A stretch of 64,000 nt of DNA from positions 1,736,001 through 1,800,000 of the forward strand of contig OZ024764.1 in assembly GCA_964016885.1 (NCBI GenBank), in the 5' to 3' direction. The notes under the pieces were generated by a model. It did no database searches, was not told the origin of the DNA, and was given only the letters and a program-made list of their open reading frames with translations. Position numbers and translations under genes: made by a program. Each line of letters starts with the position of its first letter. Position 1 is the first letter of the stretch. The stretch is from Eledone cirrhosa (taxonomy: Eukaryota). This document shows, piece after piece, positions 33,371 to 50,950 of the stretch.

Positions 33371-33384
33371 GTAACCATGGAAAC
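33371..33384. promoter_or_regulatory. RFX X-box-like palindrome overlapping the putative ATG
   Basis: GTAACCATGGAAAC fits GTHNYYATRRNAAC exactly. Confidence 0.35.
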
Positions 33385-33456
33385 AATTACATCATCAACA
33401 GAGGAGGACATGTGGAGTATGAGAATTTCTGTGAAACTCTCCCCTGAATGGAACAG
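33377..33456 (+). CDS. Putative first coding exon (METITSSTEEDMWSMRISVKLSPEWN), phase-2 end; product unknown
   Basis: Kozak-like ACCATGG, open frame in unique sequence, consensus donor CAG|GTAAGT. Confidence 0.55.
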
Positions 33457-33578
33457 GTAAGTTAAACTCTATTGCCTTCTTTTTTGTCATCTTCTTCAAC
33501 AATTGCTGGCTCTTCTGCTAGTGTGGTTAACTCATGGAACCATTGGTTACCGATATAATATCCAGTGTAGAAATGGTA

Positions 33579-33620
<42 letters not shown>

Positions 33621-33684
33621 CATATGATGATGGCTGTCCCCTCATTATCGAGTATGGCCATTACACGATTATACCGTTATTGAC

Positions 33685-35897
33685 GCATAGAGTTACGGCC
33701 CTTGCTATTCTGAGTTCAAATCCCGCCAAGGTTAACTTTGCCTTTCATCCTTACGGGGTCGATAAAATAAAGTACCAGTAATGCACGAGATAATTGATGG
33801 CCTTGTGCCTAAAGTAGAAACAATTATTAATAAATATCAATTAATTCTATCGTGCAATGCCTGTGTGTGAAGATATGTTTTAAAGTGAGGAAAGACTGTG
33901 CACTGAGCCAATCCCACTCTCTGAGAGACAGTAGCTATAACCTGAGAAGAAGAAAAGATCAACATCATCTGTAACTACTGAGTCGCAGGTTTTATATGGG
34001 AGTTATGCCAGTTTCCTGAGTTGATTTCTCCTAGAAGAAGGCCCTGACAAAGGCTAGGGGTCCTTCACTCCCAGTGGTTTAACCGCGCGATCGGGTGTCC
34101 AGCCCGACTATTTCTATGTCCCAGCACATATACATACACATGTACACAGGCATATACATATATGCATATACATAGGCACATGGCTTAGTGGTTAGAGCAT
34201 TGGCCTTGCAATCAAAAGGTTGTGAGTTCAATTCTCAGACCGGGTGATGTGTTGTTTCCTTGAGCAAGACACTTTATTTCACATTGCTCCAGTTTACTCA
34301 GCTGTAGAAATGAGATGATAGGGACTGGGGTCCCTATCATTCCACTGCAAAGTGGTCGTGCAGGTGCCACGGCAAAAAAGCACCCAGCACTCACTGTAAA
34401 TGAGGTTGGTGTTAGGAAGGGCATCCAGCTGTAGAAATCAAGCCAGAATCAGTTCCCGTCCCACCCTTGCAAGCAGGGAAAAAGCGGACGTAAAATGAAA
34501 TGATGAATGATGATGTGTATATACATATTTACACATTTTTGGATGACCGTTGACTCTTATGAGTTCTTCCGCCCTTTGTCAGGTTTTGTTTTTTGTCCTG
34601 CAGGGTGTCTATTATATATAATAGAATAATAAGGCGGTGGATTGGCAGTATCGGTAGAGGGTCGGATGCCATGCTTTGAAGCATAGAGTTACCTCCCTGT
34701 ATGATCTGAGTTCAAATCCCGCGGAGGTTAACTTTGCTTTTCATCCTTCCGGGGTCGATAAAATAAAGTACCAGTAATGCACTGGGTAATTGCTGGCCTT
34801 GTGCCTAAAGTAGAAACAATTATATATAATAGAAAAAACTAGGAAGTTTCGTTTACATATGAAAAATATTTATTGCATATCAACTTGTTACATGTGTTTC
34901 ACAGAGGATTGGCTCAAGGTGACTCATAGGAGTTATGGACCTGACTCCAGTATAGATCTGCTCCTCAGACTGGTGATGTGTCAAAAGATATATTTTTGTT
35001 GTGTGGTATGTGGACCAAGAAGGTATATATATATATATAGGCATCGGCCCTATTTTTTGTGTGTGGGCGTTTGTGTGTATTTTGGTGTAATTGGTGGGGT
35101 GGCAATGTGGGTGTGTATTCACCGGTATATATATATAAGAAACAGTGTCAATAATAATAATTGTTTCTACTTTAGGCACAAGGCCAGCAATACCCAGTGT
35201 ATTACTGGTACTTTATTTTATCGACCCCGTAAGGATGAAAGGCAAAGTCAACCTCGACGGGATTTGAACTCAGATCATAAAGGGACGTAATAATGATTTC
35301 ATTTATTAGCCACAAGGGCTGACATGTAGGGGACAATACAAAGACAGGGACAGTGGGGGTTGTAATAATAATACTGGTTTATATTGATCACTTCTCTCTC
35401 CACCCTCATCTTCCTTTGGTAATAGCCAGCCTATAGGCACATGGTCAGAGTAGGCCCACTCACGTGGGCCATTCTCGCCACATTCACCCACCTTTTAGCA
35501 AATGTACTGGGGGGGGGGGGCAGCACTTCTCTCTCCACCCTCACCTTCCTTTCCAGGTGAAACTTGAAGAATTTGACCGGGTCAACAATTTAGTTAAATA
35601 ATAATTGTTTCTACTTTTGGCACAAGGCCAGCAATTATCCCAGTGCATTACTGGTACTTTATTTTATCTACCCCGTAAGGATGAAAGGCAAAGTCAACCT
35701 TGGCGGGATTTGAACTCAGAATGGCAAGGGCCGTAACTCTATGCGTCAAAGCATGGCGTCCGACCCTCTACCGATACTGCCATTCCACCGCCTATATTAA
35801 ATAATAATAATAATTGCTTCTACTTTTGGCACAAGGCCAGCAATTACTCAGTACATTACTGGTACTTTATTTTAACAACCCCGTAAGGATGAAAGGC
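33685..35897. mobile_element. SINE cluster: Meta-type (33685-33830 +, 34632-34821 +, 35160-35290 -, 35603-35795 -, 35813-35897 -), CORE-type (34174-34515 +), Tx1-like 3' end (35295-35590 -)
   Basis: Same diagnostic motifs as the other copies. Confidence 0.85.
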
Positions 35898-37510
35898 TTG
35901 CCAAATATATGCACTGGAAACTCTGCCGCTCGCATGACATCCAAACCTCTGACAAATGGTATGAACATAAACCAAAAACAGTCATGGAAAAGGGGAACAT
36001 ATCCAGCTTGTGGGATATTCCTGTGATAACCGACCAAGAAATTGCTGCCAACAGACCAGATATCATAAAATACAAAACAGATCAGACATGTAGCCTTATA
36101 GATATTTCTGTACCAGCTGACAAGAATACATCTATAAAAACAATGGGAAAAACTGTCAAAATACAAAGACTTGGATTAGAGATCAACCACATATGGAGGA
36201 TGACCACAAACACTATCGCCGTGGTAATAGAAGCTTTAGGATTAATAGCCAAATCCTCAGACCAGCACCTTAGCGTCCTTCCCTGCAAGATCAGCGAATA
36301 TCAGTTACAGAAGATTGGGCTACTAGGACCAGAACACATTGTCAGAGGAGGTCTCTCTCTCTACAATGAAAACCTCTATTGCCCTAGGTTCAAGGACTGA
36401 ACCTGGTAACAGAGAAACAGACCTGAGCTAAATACTAGGACCAGAACACATTGTCAGAGGAGGTCTCTCTCTCTCTACAATGGAAGCATCTATTGCTCTA
36501 GGTTCAAGGACTGAACCTGGTAACAGAGAAACAGACCTGAGCTAAATACTAGGACCAGAACACATTGTCAGAGGAGGTCTCTCTCTCTCTACAATGGAAG
36601 CATCTATTGTCCTAGGTTCAAGGACTGAACATGGTAACAGAGAAACAGAACTGAGCTAAATACTAGGACCAGAACACATTGTCAGAGGAGGTCTCTCTCT
36701 CTCTACAATGAAAACCTCTATTGCCCTAGGTTCAAGGACTGAACCTGGTAACAGAGAAACAGACCTGAGCTAAATACTAGGACCAGAACACATTGTCAGA
36801 GGAGGTCTCTCTCTCTACAATGAAAACCTCTATTGCCCTAGGTTCAAGGACTGAACCTGGTAACAGAGAAACAGACCTGAGCTAAATACTAGGACCAGAA
36901 CACATTGTCAGAGGAGGTCTCTCTCTCTCTACAATGGAAGCATCTATTGCTCTAGGTTCAAGGACTGAACCTGGTAACAGAGAAACAGACCTGAGCTAAA
37001 TACTAGGACCAGAACACATTGTCAGAGGAGGTCTCTCTCTCTCTACAATGGAAGCATCTATTGTCCTAGGTTCAAGGACTGAACATGGTAACAGAGAAAC
37101 AGAACTGAGCTAAATACTAGGACCAGAACACATTGTCAGAGGAGGTCTCTCTCTCTCTACAATGGAAGCATCTATTGCTCTAGGTTCAAGGACTGAACCT
37201 GGTAACAGAGAAACAGACCTGAGCTAAATACTAGGACCAGAACACATTGTCAGAGGAGGTCTCTCTCACTCTCTCTACAATGAAAACCTCTATTGTCCTA
37301 AGTTCAAGGACTGAACCTGGTAACAGAGAAACAGACCTGAGCTAAATACTAGGACCAGAACACATTGTCAGAGGAGGTATCTCTCTCTCTACAATGGAAG
37401 CATCTATTGCTCTAGGTTCAAGGACTGAACCTGGTAACAGAGAAACAGACCTGAGCTAAATACTAGGACCAGAACACATTGTCAGAGGAGGTTTCTCTCT
37501 CTCTCTCTCT
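35898..37510 (+). mobile_element. 3' end of an R4/Dong-like LINE (restriction-like endonuclease) with a 112-118-bp terminal segment repeated about 10 times
   Basis: KWYEHKP..LWDIPVITD..ANRPDII..LIDISVP (RLE-type PD..D motif); array starts at 36321. Confidence 0.85.
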
Positions 37511-37711
37511 AAATCCCTCCAAAGTCTTGATCATTTTCAAAGTGCAAAATCACAGGGTACAGTGTACTGTCAGTCCCCTGATATTCGTTCCTAGAGCACC
37601 CATGAAAAAGCCCGAATATTGGACGTGGTCCATAAAAATGCCTATAAATGTCAAAACATAATGTAAAATATAGGCTGTCAAATACAGTAGATTGCTATTA
37701 ATAATTTAGTG

Positions 37712-37905
37712 TGGTAGATTGGCAGTATAGGTAGAGCGTTGGACAACATGCTTTGCAGCATAGAGTTACGGCCCTTTATGATCTGAGTTCAAATCCCGCC
37801 GCGGTTAACTTTGCCTTTCATCCTTACGGGGTAGATAAAATGAAGTACCAGTAATACACTGGGGTAATTGCTGGCCTTGTGCCAAAAGAAAGTACAAACA
37901 ATTAT
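37712..37905 (+). mobile_element. Meta-type SINE
   Basis: Same head and CCTTTCATCCTTACGGGG core. Confidence 0.85.
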
Positions 37906-38023
37906 TTCTATATTGAAAATAAAAATTTCATTATTAGTTAGGGTGTAAGGAAAATTCCGTGATTGTGCGAGGGGTGGGGCGGTGTACTATATTTCATTTG
38001 AGAAATGGTAATAGAAAGGGTTA

Positions 38024-38725
38024 ATCATCATCATCACCGTTTTATGTCAATGTTTCCACGCTAGCATGGGTTAGACAGGTTGTCCTGTTGTGGGCAATGA
38101 CAGGTAGGGTGACCTATACAGGAACTGATTTTGGCTTGATTTCTACAGCTGGATGCCTTTCCTAACACCAACCTCATTTACAGTGAGTGCTGGGTGCTTT
38201 TTGTCATGACACCTACATGACCACTTTACAGTGTGGACTGGGTACTTTTTGTTGTGACACCTACATGACCACTTTACAGGGTGGGGAGGGGGGGGGCATA
38301 TTGTCTAAATGCTTCGGCTTGTACCGATGGGAAGTCGGGTCTTCTGTATTACTGCGTGATGCCAGAAGTCTAGGTCCTGTGTCGTCATCTTTGAGAGGTG
38401 CAATTGGGCAAGGTCAGCTTTTATCACCTCATCCCAGGTCTTCTTGGGTCTCCCCACTCCCCGGCTTCCATCGACTTCTAGTGCTCTGCACCTTTTTATG
38501 CAGCTGTCATCCCTCATACACATCACATGTCCATACCAACACAACCACCTCTCCTGCACACAGCATTTGATTCCTCTGATGCTCAGTCTCTCTCTCAATT
38601 CATTTATGTTTTGCAGTTCACGTATATTACTATTGCACATCCATTGGAGCATGCAGGCTTCGTTTCTTTCTAATCTACGCAAGTTTCCTACACACAACGC
38701 CCAGCTTTCACTACCATGTAACAGA
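38024..38725 (-). mobile_element. RTE 3' fragment with SINE-shared long 3' UTR
   Basis: RRLERNEACMLQWMC..WYGHVM..GRPKKTWDEV, then 49-bp-type units and (GAT)n tail. Confidence 0.85.
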
Positions 38726-39529
38726 CCTGGGTTAAGTTAAATATAAAAGAAAGCTTCTGATATTATTGTTAACCATGGCACACCCTTCCATGGAGGGGTT
38801 AACCCCTTCACATCATACCATCCTCTATTCCAGCTACACCAGACTTTTACAAGGCTTAGTTCTCCTTACCCACATAGGGAGAAATATGATATGGGATGAG
38901 GGGTTTTTTTGTGGTGTGATAAGTGCCTTAGGGAGAGAAGAGATATGTGATGTGAATGGGGGTTTTATGGAATAGGGAGAGAGATAATAAAAAAAGGGGC
39001 TTATTTAGAAATATCGGTGTGGTGGTGGTGGTGATGGTGGTGTGGTGTGGTGGTGGTGGTGATGGTGGTGTGGTGTGGTGGTGGTGGTGGTGGTGGTGGT
39101 GGTGGTGGTGATGATGATGGTGGTGATGTGGTGGTGGTAGTGGTAGTGATAATAGTTCTGGTTGTGTGGTGATGATGATGGTGGTAGTGTGGTAGTAGTG
39201 ATGGTAGTGGTGGTGGTGGTGGCAGTGGTGGTGATGGTGGTAGTGGTGGCGGTAGAGGTGGTGGTAGTGGTGTGACAGTTGTTGTTGTGTTGGTATTGAA
39301 GTGGTGGTAGTGGTGGTAGTAGTGGTGATGATGATGACATGGTGGTGTGGTAGTGGTATGATGGTGGTGTGATGGTGAAGACAGAAGCAATAAAGGTGTT
39401 TATTCAGCCATTCTTATCAAGGAAGAGACTATTTTTATTTCTTCAGAGATATGTGTCAGTGTAGACAGACCTGTATCACCATCACCATCATCATCACCAT
39501 CATCATCATCACCATCATCAGCATCATTT

Positions 39530-41560
39530 CACATCCGGCTTTTCCAGGCTTGCAAGGATTGGTTGGGGTCCTTTCTAACACAGCGCCCCTTCCACTTGTG
39601 TTCCTTCCTTATCTTCTCTGTGAATATCTGTGATTTGAGATCACCTCTCACCACCTCTGCCCAGGTCTTCCCTGGTCTCCCTGGTCTGCCCAGGTCTTCC
39701 CAAGTCTCCCCAAGTCTTCCCAGGTCATCACAAGTCTTCTCAGGTCTCCCCAGGTCTTCCCCAAGTCTCCCCAGGTCTTCCCCAAGTCTTCCCAGGTTCT
39801 CCCCAGTCTTCCCAGGTCTTCCCAGGTCTTCCCAAGTCTTCCCAGGTCTTCCCCAGCCCCAGTCTTCCCAGGTCTTCCCTGGTCTTTACAAGTTTTCCCA
39901 AGTCTTCCCAGGTCATTCCAAGTCTTCCCAGGTCTTACCAAGTCTTCCCAGGTCTTCCCAAGTCTTCCCAGGTCATCCCAAGTCTTCCCAGGTCTTTCCA
40001 AGTCTTCCCCAGCCCCAGTCTTCCCAGGTCTTCCCTGGTCTTTCCAAGTTTTCCCAAGTCTTCCCAGGTCATTCCAAGTCTTCCCAGGTCTTACCAAGTC
40101 TTACCAAGTCTTCCCCAGTCTTCCCTGGTCTTCCCAGGTCATCCCAAGTCTTCCCAGACCTTCCCTGGTCTTCCCAAGTCTTCTCAGGTCTTCCCAAGTC
40201 TTCTCAGGTCTTCCCAAGTCGTCCCAGGTCTTCCCCAGTCTTCCCTGGTCTTCCCAAGTCTTCCCAGACCTTCCCTGGTCTTCCCAAGTCTTCTCAGGTC
40301 TTCCTTGGTCTTCCTGGTTGTCCTCTACTGCAGCTTCCTTCCACTTGTGTTCCTTTATCATCTCCTCTGTGAATCTGTGTTTTGAGATCAGCTCTCACCA
40401 CCTCTGCTCAGGTCTTCCTTGGTCTTCCTCTAATGTGGCTTCCTTCCACTGGCATCTCCTGGAATTTCTTCAGCCAGCAACCCTCATCCATATGCATCAC
40501 AAGTACATACCAGCTCAGTCTTCTCACACAACTTTTGATTCCTCTAACACCCGGTTTTTCTCTCAGTTCACCCATCCCCTGTTGGTTACACACACATACC
40601 CAACTAATGGTTGCCTCTCTCTGGCCTTGGCATATCCTCTGTTCAGGTCTCACAGTTATACAATTACGCTGCACACACAGGCATCATACAGCTGTCCTTT
40701 CGTTCATAGGGAGAAACCTTTGATTGTCAACAGGGGTAGTAGCTCCCTAAACTTCTCCCATCCTGTTCTTATTCTAGCTACTATACTCCCAGACCACCCT
40801 CCTCCATTGCTAAGTAGCAGAAGCTATCAACCACTTCTAGGGTGCCTTTCTCCTATCCTGTCCTTATTCTAGCTACTATACTCCCAGACCACCCTCCTCC
40901 ATTGCTAAGTAGCAGAAGCTATCAACCACTTCTAGGGTGCCTTTGGTTGTCAACAGGGGTAGTAGCTCCCTAAACTTCTCCTATCCTGTCCTTATTCTAG
41001 CTACTATACTCCCAGACCACCCTCCTCCATTGCTAAGTAGCAGAAGCTATCAACCACTTCTAGGGTGCCTTTGGTTGTCAACAGGGGTAGTAGCTCCCTA
41101 AACTTCTCCTATCCTGTCCTTATTCTAGCTACTATACTCCCAGACCACCCTCCTCCATTGCTAAGTAGCAGAAGCTATCAACCACTTCTAGGGTGCCTTT
41201 GGTTGTCAACATGGGTAGTAGCTCCCTAAACTTCTCCCATCCTATCCTTATTCTAGCTACTATACTCCCAGACCACCCTCCTCCATTGCTAAGTAACAGA
41301 AGCTATCAACCACTTCTAGAGTGCCTTTGGTTGTCAACAGGGGTAGTAGCTCCCAAAACTTCTCCAATTCTGTCCTTATTCTAGCTATTATACTCCCAGA
41401 CCACCCTCCTCCATTGCTAATTATATCACCTAGGTAGCAGAAGCTATCAACCGCTTCTATGGATCCTTCTTGGGATTGAAACAATTTCATAGATGCTTTT
41501 ACTAATAACTATCCCTGTACGTCTACTATTTACAAAGTCTATTTTTTCTTTTAATTTATG
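39530..41560 (-). mobile_element. Rearranged RTE fragment with a 10-bp minisatellite (39660-40315) and a 128-bp array of about 6 copies (40730-41430)
   Basis: VDSFCYLGDIISNGGG..ARIRT..ELLPLLT; unit CCCA(G/A)GTCTT is the antisense of the K-T-W codons. Confidence 0.85.
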
Positions 41561-41644
41561 TCTGTCATTCTACCTGTCTATATATCTATTTATCTATCTG
41601 TCTATATATTTATTCATCTATCTATCTATCTGACTGTCTAACCG

Positions 41645-42785
41645 TAATAATAATGAATAATAATGAAATTATTGGGTACCGTGCTCAGGTGCACTATAAC
41701 TCATCAAAGGTGCATGTATAGTACATAGAATAATGTACAAATGTCAGGAAAGTGAACAGTGTATGAGTCATGATATACATGTGTGTGTATGGAGGGGGAA
41801 TATCAGGTGTAGTGTTGGAGAATCTCAGGAAGTATGGAGGTTTTAAAGGATGCAGTGTCTCGACAGCTAACAACTGATGCAGGTAGTTTGTTCCATGCTT
41901 CAGCAACTCTGAGCATGAAAAGATGTTTCTGAAAGTCATGGGAGCTGTGCTGTTTTCTGACTTTGTAGGCATGTCCACATGTGTTAGACACATAGAATTA
42001 AAAAAAGTGCTCAGGGTTGTTGTTGGCAAGATGGTTAATAATTTTGTGGGTGTTTACCAAGTCAGTTGCCAGACATTGGAGCTTCAATGTATCCATGCCC
42101 AGGGAAGCAAGGCATTCAGAGTTTGGTAGATGCCTGATGGAAGGTATTCGCTTGGCTGCACGTCTCTGAACAGTTTCCAGGTCAATGTTCTGAGCAAGAT
42201 AGGAATTCCAGACTGATGATACAAATTCTAAGTGTGGTCGCACCATAGCCGTATACAACCTTAAATAGATATCTGGAGAGCAGCTGACAAAGGTCTTGCT
42301 GAGTGATGCTAAGACACCATTGGCCTTCTTGACAATTTTAGAGATGTGCTTTGTCCAAAACAAATCACTGCTGACCGTAATGCCCAGGTCACATTCACAA
42401 GAAGACTTGTTGATATTAGTGCTGTGGAGGGAGTATGTGGACGCTGGGTTTTTACTCCCAAAATACATGGTGATGCACTTGTCCACAGCTAGCTTGAGTT
42501 GCCAGTCTGTGATCCATTGCTGCATTGTGTCCAGGATTGCAGGCAAGATCTATAGTGTTCAGGATCTGTCCTTTTTATCTCAAGGTGCAGCTTGATGTCA
42601 TCTGTGTATGTCAGTACTGTGGCATTCTTTAAGTTGGTATCTATGTCATTAATATATGCCACAAACAAAAGGGGACCAAGAACAGATCCCTATGGTACAC
42701 CAGATGACATCTCATATGGTGAGGAATGCTGTCCCAGAACCCTGACTACCTCTCTTTGACTGAGAATGAAAGACTTCAACCAGTT
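41645..42785 (-). mobile_element. Degenerate CR1-clade LINE: reverse transcriptase C-terminal half and 3' UTR
   Basis: Minus strand SGVP*GSVLGPLLFVAYINDID..LTYTDDIKL, DLGITVSSDL, LYTAMVRPHLE, LETVQRRAAK; contains stops and frameshifts. Confidence 0.92.
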
Positions 42786-42807
42786 ATCTATCTATCTATC
42801 TAAGTAT

Positions 42808-43165
42808 CACTTTAGAAGGAGAATCAGGGTGGAGAGAGAGGCACTGCACCCCAGTAAATTTACTGAAAGGTGGGTGAATGAAGCGAAAATGGCCCGAGTG
42901 ATTGGGCCTTCTCTGTTTATAAGCCTGTAGGTTGAGGAAGAGAGCAAAAGGAAGAAAGGAGCACTTGCACAACACGCTCCTTGAGTTGAGGGTTGTTCTA
43001 TCGACGGGGTATTAAACAACCCATTTGTGGCGCATCCCCCCTATTGGGGATTTCGATTGTTGAAATTGTTTGTTTTTATATTTTTTACACGACTGTATGT
43101 AAAATCCCCGGCATGTCTTTGTATTGTCCCCTTTCTTGTTGTGCCCTTGTGGCTAATAAAGAAAT
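42808..43165 (+). mobile_element. L1/Tx1-like LINE 3' end in (TATC)n
   Basis: RRIRVEREALHPSKFTERWVN ORF end; terminal GTGGCTAATAAAGAAA; TATC repeats on both sides. Confidence 0.6.
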
Positions 43166-43329
43166 CTATGTATCTATCTATCTATTTATTTACCTGTCTG
43201 TCAGTCTGTCTGTCTACCTATTTAGTTAGAGACTAGGGCAAATAAAGGGCTGGGGTAGGGGTCGATATTTCAGGTGGGGGATGGAGGCGCTTAAAATCCC
43301 ACAAATAATTAGGAATGGAGCCACTAATA

Positions 43330-47670
<4,341 letters not shown>

Positions 47671-48142
47671 TAACTTTGCTCTGAAAAACTGTTGCTTGTA
47701 TGTTTGCTGTTGTTGTTGCCCACCCCCCCTCTCTTCCTCTCATCTTTACCTGACCCAAATGATCAGTTCCTCATAAAAAGGATTGGAGGGGTTAGTTTGA
47801 ACAGAAACCTGAGTAGTTCCAGTTGTGACCCTCCCTTATCAATTACCACATGTATTTGACTTTCAATCTCACGGACATTAATAGCCACAAAATGGGGAAG
47901 ACTGATATTATCAAGTTGCAGGATATATATATGTGTATATATATATATGTGTATATATATATATGTATATATATATATATGTATATATATATATTTATGT
48001 GTATATATATATATAGTATGCCCGAAGGACAGACACTGGTCTGTTGGAGACATGGCAGCGATAATGAGGGACAGAGACCACTGGAGAGAACTCGTCCATG
48101 GATCTCGTGAATTTTACCCACACTAGATAGATAGATAATTAT

Positions 48143-48485
48143 GGAGGCACATGGCTTAGTGGTTAGAGCATTGGCCTTGCAATCGAAAGGTTGTGAGTTC
48201 AATTCTCAGACCGGGTGGTGTGTTGTGCCCTTGAACAAGACACTTTATTTCGCATTGCTCCAGTTTACTCAGCCGTAGAAATGAGATGATAGGGACTGGG
48301 GTCCCTATCATTCCACTGCAAAGTGGTCGTGGAGGTGCCACGGCAAAAAAGCACCCAGCACTCACTGTAAATGAGGTTGGTGTTAGGAAGGGCATCCAGC
48401 TGTAGAAATCAAGCCAGAATCAGTTCCCATCCCACCCTTGCAAGCAGGGAAGGGCGGACGTAAAATGAAATGATGATGATGATGA
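48143..48485 (+). mobile_element. Full-length CORE-type SINE (single 49-bp unit)
   Basis: As 8653-9574 but without the expansion. Confidence 0.9.
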
Positions 48486-48670
48486 TATACTTAATACATT
48501 ATCAGAGAAAGCCATTAGCGATACTCTGACCAACTCCCATCTCACTCAACTAACATTAGGATATACCTGAGTATAATCCCAATTAAACGTTTGGGGTGCT
48601 AACTATATTGTATTTCGTGGATAATCGGCTGTATTATTTTATATGAGACATAATTAAATAAATCTCATTC

Positions 48671-48792
48671 TCCATACGATCGTTTCATTATAAGATTTCT
48701 ACAAGGTGGGAAAATAATGTTCAGGTTATGTAGAAGCTTGCATATAATCCATAGATATCCATGCAAAAGGGCTCTTATAATTCATCAGTGGA
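48671..48792 (-). ncRNA. Type I hammerhead ribozyme with extended branched stem II (family F5, element about 48490-48830)
   Basis: TCCA CTGATGA ATTATAAGA [77 nt with two hairpins] TCTTATAAT GAAA CGATCG TA^ TGGA. Confidence 0.75.
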
Positions 48793-48843
48793 TATTCAGC
48801 GATGGTCCCCGTCAGTGCTAGAATGACTGCTTATATATATATA

Positions 48844-49297
48844 TCATCATCATCATCATCATTTAACGTCCATCTACCACGCTAGCAAGATTGGTTGTCT
48901 TGCTCAGGACTGTCTGGCGGGTTTTTTATGGCTGGATGCCCTTCCTAACACCAACCACGTTTACGGTGTGGACTGGGAGGTTTTTACCGTGTTACCTACA
49001 CGGCCACATTACAGCGTGGACTGTCTGGCGGGTTTTCTACAGTTGGATGCCCTTCCTAACACCAACCACGTTTACGGTGTGGACTGGGAGGTTTTTACTG
49101 TGTTACCTACACGGCCACATTACAGCGTGGAGTGTGTGTGCTTTTTTTTTTGTCGTAACACCTACACGACCTCATTTATTTAGGACTGGATGTTGTGGTA
49201 CCAACATAACTTTACATCAAAAGGGGTGGTGTAGATGGTGGTGGGGGTAGGGGTAATGGGACGGGGGTGTATTTTGGTTAAGAGGTGCCTACTGACT
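48844..49297 (-). mobile_element. 3' UTR of the RTE chimera family with an internal duplication
   Basis: Homologous to 5742-6100; a block of about 110 bp is duplicated. Confidence 0.8.
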
Positions 49298-49500
49298 AGG
49301 TTTATATATAACGAAGGAAGTGTGGTAAGGAACCAGGTGGACCATAACGCACCAGAGTACTCAATACTTTGGGTAGTAGAGTGAGTAATAGGAAAATGTT
49401 CAAGACCCCGACGGCAGAAACGGCTTGAGCTCTGCCGTCGGGGTCTTGAACATTTTCCTATATATATATTATATATACATATACAGAGACAGTGTGTGTG

Positions 49501-49569
<69 letters not shown>

Positions 49570-49971
49570 GCGGGCGCGCGCACATACAAACATAAAGCAG
49601 TCGGGGTAGATCTGGCTGTTGTTTCTAGCACAAGCAAAGGACCTGTCTACATAGAGCCTCCCCACCGTTCCCATTCAGTTCAATGTTGTTGTTACTGTTA
49701 TTGATGCTGTTGTTGTTGTAGTTTTTGTTGTTACAAGTTCTTTTTTTTTTTGGGAGCGGGGTAAGGATTTATTTGAAGCTGAGTATCTGGGTGTACAACC
49801 CCTCCATGTTTGGCAGCTACCCCTATGTAGAACATATTGGTAAGTAGGGGGAAGAATAGAAAGAAGAAAGAGGGCAGAGGAAGGAAGAATGCTGAGTGAT
49901 GGTTTCTTTTTAACCCCCCCCCCCCCTCCCCCTCCACCACCTTGCTCCCCTCCTGCTTGCCCCCCCCCCTC

Positions 49972-50045
<74 letters not shown>

Positions 50046-50320
50046 AAAGTTTTATTTAAAATTGTTGGGTTACAACAAGTAAATATTTTATAACTGATAT
50101 AAAGCACTCGACAAGTTTTTGGAGTAGATATACGATATTAAACAAATGGAAACTATATTTATAAAACCATATTTATTTCATTATACATATTTCAGGGATA
50201 CCATATTACAAATTAAAAATATTATTATTATAAACACATCAATATCCAGACAGCTTCCTAATATAACGGTCACTTATAATATGGTACGTCAAAATTATTT
50301 ATAAAACTGTTTATATATTG

Positions 50321-50386
50321 TATTTTATCTGACGAACGCATGCCATATTTTTAATATGGTATCCCTGAAATATGTATAATGAAATA
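50321..50386 (+). ncRNA. Hammerhead motif (F1), base of stem II mismatched
   Basis: TATTTTAT CTGACGA ..ATGCCATATT/AATATGGTAT.. GAAA TATGTA TA^ ATGAAATA. Confidence 0.65.
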
Positions 50387-50529
50387 AATATGGTTTTATA
50401 AATATAGTTTCCATTTGTTTAATATCGTATATATATATATATATACGTTATTCCGGGTTGAATCGGAGGTAACCACAGTAAGTAAGGTACTCAATACATT
50501 GCAGAGTATAAAAGTTTTAATATAGATGA

Positions 50530-50578
50530 GATTCTACAGGACTAGAACTGTTTCATTCATTAGAAATCATCAGGAATC
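50530..50578 (-). ncRNA. Type I hammerhead ribozyme (family F3, element 50447-50610)
   Basis: GATTC CTGATGA TTTC TAAT GAAT GAAA CAG TTCTAGTC CTG TA^ GAATC. Confidence 0.8.
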
Positions 50579-50854
50579 AGAGATTCCTGATGATTTCTAA
50601 TGAATGAATATTATATATATTGACTTTGCCTTTCATCCTTACGGGGTCGATAAAATAAAGTACCAGTAATGTACTGGGTAATTTGCTGGCCTTGTGCCTA
50701 AAGTAGAAACAATTATATATATATATATATATATCTGTATATATATATATATATATATAAGTTTATGCTGGGTTCAATCAGGGGGGGGGGGGGGGTAACC
50801 GCAGTAAGTAAGGTACTCAATACATAGCAGAGTATAAATATTTGATATAGAAAT

Positions 50855-50950
50855 GGCTTCTACAGGACTAGAACTGTTTCATTCGGCAGAAATCATCCGG
50901 AAGCCCTGATGATTTCTGCCGAATGTAACAGTTCTAGTCCTGTAGAAGCC
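50855..50950. ncRNA. Inverted pair of F3 hammerheads, each with one core mutation (element 50761-50967)
   Basis: Minus copy has stem I GGCTTC/GAAGCC and core CGGATGA; plus copy has CTGATGA but GTAA in place of GAAA. Confidence 0.7.

Noticed and set aside
34583-34620. Strong acceptor-like TTTTGTCCTGCAG
   Set aside because: Followed within about 20 nt by a TA tract and a SINE, with no donor.
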